DNA of 20,343 bases. It comes from Fibrobacteria bacterium. GTDB taxonomy: Bacteria; Fibrobacterota; Fibrobacteria; UBA11236. The translations under genes and the position numbers were made by a program. The DNA lies in assembly GCA_050486505.1 (NCBI GenBank), contig JBJHDK010000042.1, positions 1-20,343 on the forward strand, written 5' to 3'. Shown here piece by piece: positions 1 through 5,940 of this stretch. Positions within the stretch are counted from its first letter, which is position 1; each line of letters starts with the position of its first letter. The notes below the pieces were generated by a model that searched no databases, was not told the origin of the DNA, and saw only the letters and a list, made by a program, of their open reading frames with translations.

Positions 1-39
1 CCTCCTACCTCCTACCTCCTACCTCCTACCTCCTACCTC
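1..39. repeat. Heptamer tandem repeat (CCTCCTA)x5.5, probably continuing left of the window
   Basis: Perfect CCTCCTA units at 1-35 plus CCTC; ends 15 bp before the ATG at 55. Confidence 0.95.
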
Positions 40-54
40 AACGAAAGGCCACCC

Positions 55-348
55 ATGTTCGTCCACACGGTGTACTTCTGGCTCAAGCCCGATCTCACGT
101 CAGTCCAACTTGAAGAGTTCGCCACGAAAGGCGCGGCGCTTACGCGCATCCCGTCGGTAAAGCACGGCTGGTTCGGCAAACCCTCCGCCACGGATCGTCC
201 CGTGATCGACCGTAGTTACTCGTTCGGCCTGACCGTGGTTTTCGACGATCTCGCGGGGCATGATGCCTACCAGACCGATCCGATCCACCTCGAGTTCCTG
301 AAGCTGAAGGAGTTCTGGACGAAGGTGCTGATCTACGACTTCGAATGA
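55..348 (+). CDS. Dabb family stress-responsive alpha/beta-barrel protein
   Basis: 97 aa; N-terminal FVHTVYFWLK, RPVIDRSY, AYQTDPIHLEF and C-terminal KVLIYDF match the Dabb pattern; AAAGG SD-like motif upstream. Confidence 0.88.
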   Translation: MFVHTVYFWLKPDLTSVQLEEFATKGAALTRIPSVKHGWFGKPSATDRPVIDRSYSFGLTVVFDDLAGHDAYQTDPIHLEFLKLKEFWTKVLIYDFE

Positions 349-354
349 GCTTGC

Positions 355-369
355 GACGGGATTCCCGTC
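355..369. terminator. Short hairpin between convergent genes, possible weak terminator
   Basis: GACGGG-ATT-CCCGTC in the 28-bp gap between stops at 348 (+) and 377 (-); no clear U-tract. Confidence 0.3.
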
Positions 370-376
370 CGGCGTT

Positions 377-1108
377 TCAAACGGGCGGGGCTGCCAACAG
401 GATCAAGGCGGACACGGCAAGGGCCGCCAGCACGACCGTCTCCGCAAGTTCCGAAACAAAGGCGGCCGTCTGCAGTGTCAAACCATCCGTCGTGCGATTC
501 CATAATACCAGCGCGCCCAAGGTCGCGACGGCCGCCGTCAGCAGCGTCCCGATCCCTGCGGCGGGGGGGAAGAGCAGGACCAGGAACAGCAAGGCCGCGC
601 TGAGAAAGCCTGCGCGTACCCGGCGCCCCCCGATCAGGACGGGCTCGACCTCTTCCTTGATGCGATGATCGAGAAGAAATGCCCAGGTGCGCGCGCACGC
701 GCCGAGGATGGGAAATACAAATGCGGCGCGCACCTGCCAGTCGTGGGGAAGCATCATGAGCGCCGCCCACTTCAGCAGCACGATCACGAGGACGACCCCG
801 AAGCCGCGCGCATCCCACCGGAACCCCGGGCGGAAGCGATGCCCGGGAAAGGTGCGGTGTCCTTGCGCCATCTCCCCCACCCCGCGCCATGCCGTGAAAC
901 CGGCCAGCGCCTGGGGGAACAACACGGCGAGCAGACATGCGGCGGGATTCGGAACCAGCGAGGAGGCGGCGAGGAAAAAGAGGACGGACAAGCTGCCGAT
1001 CGCAGCGCCGATCCAGGGGAAGTAATGCACGGAGTGAACCAACGGAACGCGCGCGCGCGCCGGCACGTTCAGGGCGGTCAGGTAGTCGAAGGCGTTTCCG
1101 AGGCTCAC
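377..1108 (-). CDS. CobS-like (adenosylcobinamide-GDP ribazoletransferase family) polytopic membrane protein with degenerate catalytic motifs
   Basis: 243 aa, hydrophobic; AFDYLTAL..P, YFPWIGAAIG, GFGVVLVIVLLKWAAL and ELAE are in CobS order, but the Asp-rich motifs are replaced; GTG start overlaps the rnr stop (GTGA). Confidence 0.7.
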   Translation of the reverse strand: MSLGNAFDYLTALNVPARARVPLVHSVHYFPWIGAAIGSLSVLFFLAASSLVPNPAACLLAVLFPQALAGFTAWRGVGEMAQGHRTFPGHRFRPGFRWDARGFGVVLVIVLLKWAALMMLPHDWQVRAAFVFPILGACARTWAFLLDHRIKEEVEPVLIGGRRVRAGFLSAALLFLVLLFPPAAGIGTLLTAAVATLGALVLWNRTTDGLTLQTAAFVSELAETVVLAALAVSALILLAAPPV

Positions 1109-3177
1109 TCCGCCTTCCCCAGGTACTCGAAGTCCACGTGGCCGGTCATCGGATCGCTCTTCAAAAGGCGCGCCTTGACGCGCATGCCGAGTTCGAAGCG
1201 CCGTCCGGTGCGCGTGCCTACGAGGTGCCCCGTCTCCGGATCCTTCTCGTAGTAGTCCCCGCGGATGCGCGCGACGGGGATCAGGCCTTCGCCGTAGGGC
1301 GCTTCAACGGTGAGGAAGAGGCCGAAACTTTCCACCCCGCTGATCTGGCCGGTGAACTCACGCCCCACCAGCTTGCGGAAGACCCATGCCGTGGCGGTGC
1401 GCATGGCCTTGCGCTCGGTCTTGACCACCGCGATTTCGCGCTCCGAGACTTCGCCGGCCACGGCCATGGCGCGCGTGCGCAAAAGCCGGGGAATTTTCTT
1501 CCCCCGGGCGTGCAGCTTCATGACCCGGTGCGTCCACAGGTCGGCGTAGCGGCGGATGGGTGAGGTGAAGTGCGCGTAGTACTGCCATCCGAGGGCGAAG
1601 TGCCCGAGCGGCCGGGCGTCGTACTGCGCCTTTTTCATGCTCTGCAGGATGCGGCGCTGCATGGCCGGGGGCAGCGCCCCGCGCGAGGGATCGAGCAGGC
1701 GCACGTAAAACTGCTGCACCAGCGGGTTCAGGTAGCCTTCGGTCTCACGAAGCTTCTTCAGCATCTTCCCGGCGTCTCCCTTGCCGGCCATCTCTGCCTG
1801 GCTCGCCCACAGTTCCTCGACGACCTCGATGTCGGGCTGCTCGTGCACGCGGAACAGGCCGGGCAGCTTGTGCTTGTGCAAGTGCCGCGCCGTCGCCTGG
1901 TTCGCGAGCAGCATGCATTCCTCGATCCATCCGTGCGAGGGCAGGCGCACGCCGGGGTAGATATCGACGGGGCGGCGCTCGGCGTCGAGTTCCACCTTGG
2001 GTTCGGGAAGCTGGAAGTCGAGGTGCCCGTCGCGCTTGCGGCGGTCGAGCAGCATGTCGGTGAACTCCGACAGCAGGCACAGGAACGGCTCTCCCTGTTC
2101 CTTCAGGCCCTGCGCCTCTTCGTAGGAGTAGAAGCGGGCCACTCGAATGAAGGTTTCCTCGAAGCGGTAGCTCCGCAACTCCCCTTCGCCGTCCACCTCC
2201 ATGAGGCAGGAAAATGCGAGGCGTTCCTTTCCTTCGAGCAGGCTGCAAAGATCGCCCGAGAGGCGTTGCGGCAGCATGGGGGCCGCCGTCCAGGGCAGAT
2301 ACTGCGTGAAGGCCCGGCGGAGGGCCTCTTCGTCGAGGGGGCCATCGGCGGGCACGTACTCCGAAACATCGGCGATGTGCACGCCGACTTTCCAGTTCCC
2401 GTTGGGAAGCTTCTCGAGCGAGATCGCGTCGTCATGATCCTTCGCCGTCGCGGGATCGATGGTGACGATGTACTCCTCGCGCAAATCGAGGCGCTTGCGG
2501 TGGTTTTCCCACGCAGGCTCAGGCATCGACGAAGCCTCCTGCATGGCGCGCTTCGGGTACCCGGCGGGAATGCCGTGCGCCTTGAAAAAGGCCCGCGACA
2601 CCGCCTCGAAATCATCCTTCTCGCGCGCGGCGGCAACGATCTTCGCCGCAGGGTACCCGAAGGGTCCCTTGCGGTCGAGGGGCACGATGCGCACGGAACT
2701 CCCGGGCTTCGCTCCCCGTTCAGACTTGGGAAGCACGAACTTCTCGCGGCTGCGCCCCGTTCCAGTCACCGCGAAGAGGAACTTGCCCTCGCGTGTCACG
2801 CGGGCGGCGATCCCCTCGGGTTCGTGCCGTTCCGCCTTGCCTCCAGGTTTGCCCGGCGAAGGTGGACCACCGCCCCCCGCCGTGTTATCGGGTGCAGCAG
2901 GCGCGGATTGATCGGACAATGCCGGCTCCGGCGGCAAGGCATAACGCTTGCCCTTGAGGCGCTGGATGCGGCCCGAAGCCGCGAGCTTCTTGAGCGTTTT
3001 CTTCAGGGCCCGCTCCCCCTCCAGATCAGCCGCGAACGCCCGCAACAGGCGGGGCCACGACACCGTGCCGTCGGCCGCGCGGAGAAACTCCATCAGGGCT
3101 TTTTCGTCGTGCTGCCCGGCAGGAAGGTTTTTCATGGGAAGAGGCGACACATCAGGCGGCCGGCTTGTTCCGTTCAT
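1105..3177 (-). CDS. rnr: Ribonuclease R / RNase II family 3'-5' exoribonuclease
   Basis: RNB motifs TIDPATAKDHDDAIS, VHIADVS, IEECMLLAN, HFTSPIRRYADL; N-terminal HTH-like segment and C-terminal S1 domain. The start may be the ATG at 3135. Confidence 0.9.
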   Translation of the reverse strand: MNGTSRPPDVSPLPMKNLPAGQHDEKALMEFLRAADGTVSWPRLLRAFAADLEGERALKKTLKKLAASGRIQRLKGKRYALPPEPALSDQSAPAAPDNTAGGGGPPSPGKPGGKAERHEPEGIAARVTREGKFLFAVTGTGRSREKFVLPKSERGAKPGSSVRIVPLDRKGPFGYPAAKIVAAAREKDDFEAVSRAFFKAHGIPAGYPKRAMQEASSMPEPAWENHRKRLDLREEYIVTIDPATAKDHDDAISLEKLPNGNWKVGVHIADVSEYVPADGPLDEEALRRAFTQYLPWTAAPMLPQRLSGDLCSLLEGKERLAFSCLMEVDGEGELRSYRFEETFIRVARFYSYEEAQGLKEQGEPFLCLLSEFTDMLLDRRKRDGHLDFQLPEPKVELDAERRPVDIYPGVRLPSHGWIEECMLLANQATARHLHKHKLPGLFRVHEQPDIEVVEELWASQAEMAGKGDAGKMLKKLRETEGYLNPLVQQFYVRLLDPSRGALPPAMQRRILQSMKKAQYDARPLGHFALGWQYYAHFTSPIRRYADLWTHRVMKLHARGKKIPRLLRTRAMAVAGEVSEREIAVVKTERKAMRTATAWVFRKLVGREFTGQISGVESFGLFLTVEAPYGEGLIPVARIRGDYYEKDPETGHLVGTRTGRRFELGMRVKARLLKSDPMTGHVDFEYLGKAE

Positions 3178-3475
3178 ACAACAGGATGGGGTCGCACTTG
3201 CCCGGGAACTTCGCCGTCACCGGATCCTTGCACCCTCCGGGCGTGAGGCTCTGGCAGGTCTTGCACACGTTTTCGAACCATTCGGGGGTGATCCCCGCAG
3301 GCGCGGCTCCGGCGGGGGACGCTCCCGCGCCGGGCTGGTCGAGCTTCGCCACGATCGTCTTCGCCATGCCCATCAACTGCTGCATCGCCTGGGGGGGAAG
3401 CTGCGCCCCCGCCTGCTGCAGGTAAAACTGGAGGGACTGAACGACGAGGTCTTTCTCTTCTTCGGAAAACGCCAT
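3152..3475 (-). CDS. Small hypothetical protein (about 107 aa) with a helical N-terminus and a C-terminal 4-Cys motif
   Basis: ATG at 3475 preferred over the TTG at 3508; MAFSEEEKDL...CKTC-x6-C-x10-C; GC-rich codon usage; overlaps the 5' end of the rnr ORF. Confidence 0.72.
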   Translation of the reverse strand: MAFSEEEKDLVVQSLQFYLQQAGAQLPPQAMQQLMGMAKTIVAKLDQPGAGASPAGAAPAGITPEWFENVCKTCQSLTPGGCKDPVTAKFPGKCDPILLYERNKPAA

Positions 3476-3571
3476 GCCTGAAAGGGAACTACTTGCAGGC
3501 CCCTTCAACAGGGGGACGCCCGAAAATCAGGCCCCGGCAACGCCGTGGCAACCGGGAAGCCCCCACTTTCG

Positions 3572-3580
3572 TGGTATTTT
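3572..3580 (+). promoter_or_regulatory. Putative extended -10 element for the 3599 gene
   Basis: TGgTATTTT just upstream of the GGAGG SD at 3589-3593. Confidence 0.35.
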
Positions 3581-3598
3581 TTCACCCCGGAGGTCATG

Positions 3599-4324
3599 AT
3601 GTCGTTCCCCTGGATGAGGATTGCGCTGTTGTCGTTGATTCCGGTCTGCGTCGCCGCCGGCCAGCCGCTCACGCTGCATACCTACGTGGGCAATGCCTAT
3701 CTCCCCGAGAACGAAGAGTTTCTTTACACGGAAGAGTACGAGGTGCGCATGCACGAGGGGGAACCCCTGCAGGCTCGCACCATCTACCGGGATTCGCTGG
3801 GTGAGATCATCGCGGAACGCACGCTCGATTTCACGACGAACCCCTGGGCCCCCGACTATCGCTTCGAAGATTTCCGCACCGGACGACTGGAGGGTTCGGT
3901 GGGAAACGGCGAGGGCACCCTGCGCGTGTACGCGCGCGCTTCCAGCGACGCGCCCCTGCGTGAGAAAACCCTGCGCGTTCCACGCCCCGCCGTGGTCGAC
4001 GGAGGTTTCACGCGCTTCGTGGCCGCACACTGGGACGCCCTGATGGAAGGTGCGCGCCTTCCCTTTCACTTCGTGGCGGTGGGACGGCTCGATTGGTACT
4101 CCTTCGAGATCCAGGCAGAGTCTGCGGAAGGCGACGGTGAAGATTCCGCGCGCGTGCTCGTCATTCAGGCGACGAATCCGATCGTTCGCATGGTCGTCCC
4201 TCCCATCCGCGCCGCCTTCGATGCGGAAACCCTGCAGATGCGCGAGTACCATGGCCGTTCGAACATCCGCGACGGGGATCCCGTGAGGCTGATTTATTCT
4301 GCGTTGACACCGCAGGAGAATTAA
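3599..4324 (+). CDS. Secreted/periplasmic hypothetical protein
   Basis: GGAGG 5 nt before ATG 3599; signal peptide-like MRIALLSLIPVCVAAG followed by a beta-rich acidic domain; typical codon bias. Confidence 0.8.
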   Translation: MSFPWMRIALLSLIPVCVAAGQPLTLHTYVGNAYLPENEEFLYTEEYEVRMHEGEPLQARTIYRDSLGEIIAERTLDFTTNPWAPDYRFEDFRTGRLEGSVGNGEGTLRVYARASSDAPLREKTLRVPRPAVVDGGFTRFVAAHWDALMEGARLPFHFVAVGRLDWYSFEIQAESAEGDGEDSARVLVIQATNPIVRMVVPPIRAAFDAETLQMREYHGRSNIRDGDPVRLIYSALTPQEN

Positions 4325-4330
4325 GAATTG
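4316..4330. repeat. Heptamer-type repeat GAGAATTAAGAATTG, exact reverse complement of 4683-4697
   Basis: 15/15 match to CAATTCTTAATTCTC on the opposite strand; supplies the TAA stop of the 3599 gene. Confidence 0.75.
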
Positions 4331-4495
4331 AACATAGTGACGCGTGGCTTGCAGGGCCACGGGAGCGCCGGTGATCGCGCTAAATATTGTGGCGCTCGGC
4401 AATCCCGGCATGAGGCTGGAGCACGCTGACAGCCGCATAAGGCACTTCCGCAAAACCCCTCTTGAAGCACGGATTCGAGATTTGGAAGCACCTCC

Positions 4496-4695
4496 TTGAT
4501 TCTTGATTCTTAAGGGCACCTCTAATAATGACTTCCTGCTCGAACCGGCTACGACCATCGTCCAAGTTCGTCGTGCTGCATCGGCGATATTCATCTCATA
4601 TCGCCTGCTTCGCACTCCTGCTTGGACTTGGTCTCGCTCGATTCTCCCGACGCAATTCATTATTAGAGGTGCCCTTAATTCCCAATTCTTAATTC
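4496..4695. repeat. Heptamer array (consensus TTRATTC) interrupted by a MITE
   Basis: Removing 4514-4678 restores TTGATTC TTGATTC TTAATTC CCAATTC TTAATTC. Confidence 0.8.
4514..4674. mobile_element. 161-bp non-autonomous MITE, IS5-like ends
   Basis: Perfect 18-bp TIRs GGGCACCTCTAATAATGA (4514-4531) and TCATTATTAGAGGTGCCC (4657-4674); TTAA on both sides (4510-4513, 4675-4678); nested internal inverted repeats; no transposase. Family is inferred from the GG ends and YTAR target. Confidence 0.85.
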
Positions 4696-4710
4696 TCTTA
4701 TCTTTCCCCC

Positions 4711-5940
4711 ATGCGCATCACCTTGCTCACCAATGAATACCCCCCGCATGTCTACGGGGGCGCGGGCGTGCACATCGAGTACCTGAGTCGCGCGTTGACA
4801 CGCCTCGAGCCCGGAACAAACAAGGTCGACGTGCTGTGCTTCGGCGCGCAGGGTGTCGCGGAAAGCGACCTCACCGCGCGCGGCGTGACGCCGGAGTTCA
4901 CGCTTCCCAGCCAGAATGCCCGGCACGCGAAGCTGATGGACACGCTGGCGCGCGACCTGATGATGGCCGGCAGCGTGACGGAGTCGGACGTGGTGCACTG
5001 CCACACCTGGTACGCCCACTTCGCCGGCTGCCTCGTGAAGCAACTCCTCCGGGTTCCCCTTGTCCTCACCACGCATTCGCTGGAGCCGCACAGGCCCTGG
5101 AAGGTCGAACAACTCGGAAACGCCTACCATGCGTCCAGCTGGCTGGAGAAAACCGCCTATCAAAATGCCGATGGCGTCGTGGCCGTTTCTGAATCGATGA
5201 AGCGGGATGTGCAGGAACTGTACGGCGTCGATCCCGCGAAGATCCGCGTCATCCCCAACGGCATCGATGTCTCCGAGTACGACCGGCGTCCCGATCCTGA
5301 GTTGCTGCGTCGTCACGGCGGCGACCCCGACAAGCCCTTCGTCCTCTTCGTGGGGCGCATCACGCGGCAGAAGGGCATCCTCCATCTGCTCAACGCCCTC
5401 GCCCGCCTGCCGCAAGGCACGCAGGTGGTGCTCTGCGCCGGCGCGCCCGATACTCCCGAGATCGGCGCCGAAATGCGCGCGCGGGTCGAAGCCCTGCGCG
5501 AACGCCGTCCCGATCTCTCCGTGCTTTGGATCGAGTCGATGCTCCCTCGCGAAGAGATCATCGCGCTCTACTCCATGGCCGCCGTCTTCGTCTGCCCTTC
5601 CGTCTACGAGCCCTTCGGCATCATCAACCTCGAGGCCATGGCCTGCGGCGCGGCGGTTGTCGCCTCGCGCGTCGGCGGCATCCCCGAGGCCGTGGCCGAT
5701 GGCACGACCGGCATCCTCGTCGATGTCGGCGCCGTCGACGCCAACTTCGAGCCGCTCGACCCCGACGGCTTCGCAGCGCGCCTGGCCGAGGGCATCACCA
5801 CGCTCCTCGAAAACCCCGATCGCCGCGCCGCCTTCGCAGCCGCGGGCCGCAAGCGCGTCGAGGATCGTTTCTCCTGGGAAAGCGTCGCCGCGCAAACCCT
5901 GAACTTCTACAAGGAACTCACCACCGCCCATGCCCGCTAA
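4711..5940 (+). CDS. glgM: GT4 glycosyltransferase, Corynebacterium-type GlgA/GlgM (alpha-maltose-1-phosphate synthase)
   Basis: EYPPHVYGGAGVH, HCHTWY, HSLEPHRPWKVEQLG, VGRITRQKG, YEPFGIINLEAMAC; adjacent to glgE. Confidence 0.9.
   Translation: MRITLLTNEYPPHVYGGAGVHIEYLSRALTRLEPGTNKVDVLCFGAQGVAESDLTARGVTPEFTLPSQNARHAKLMDTLARDLMMAGSVTESDVVHCHTWYAHFAGCLVKQLLRVPLVLTTHSLEPHRPWKVEQLGNAYHASSWLEKTAYQNADGVVAVSESMKRDVQELYGVDPAKIRVIPNGIDVSEYDRRPDPELLRRHGGDPDKPFVLFVGRITRQKGILHLLNALARLPQGTQVVLCAGAPDTPEIGAEMRARVEALRERRPDLSVLWIESMLPREEIIALYSMAAVFVCPSVYEPFGIINLEAMACGAAVVASRVGGIPEAVADGTTGILVDVGAVDANFEPLDPDGFAARLAEGITTLLENPDRRAAFAAAGRKRVEDRFSWESVAAQTLNFYKELTTAHAR

Noticed and set aside
377..1108. Calling this a functional cobS or a pseudogene
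   Set aside because: The catalytic Asp motifs are missing, yet the frame is intact and coupled to rnr, so neither label is supported
1570..3246. 558-aa plus-strand ORF
   Set aside because: Antisense shadow of rnr, typical of high-GC DNA
4331..4495. Known riboswitch, tRNA or other ncRNA family
   Set aside because: No conserved motif or cloverleaf that I recognise; kept only as an unexplained structured segment
3527..4660. 377-aa minus-strand ORF as a possible transposase for the MITE
   Set aside because: No DDE or HUH motifs; starts inside the MITE and runs antisense to the 3599 gene
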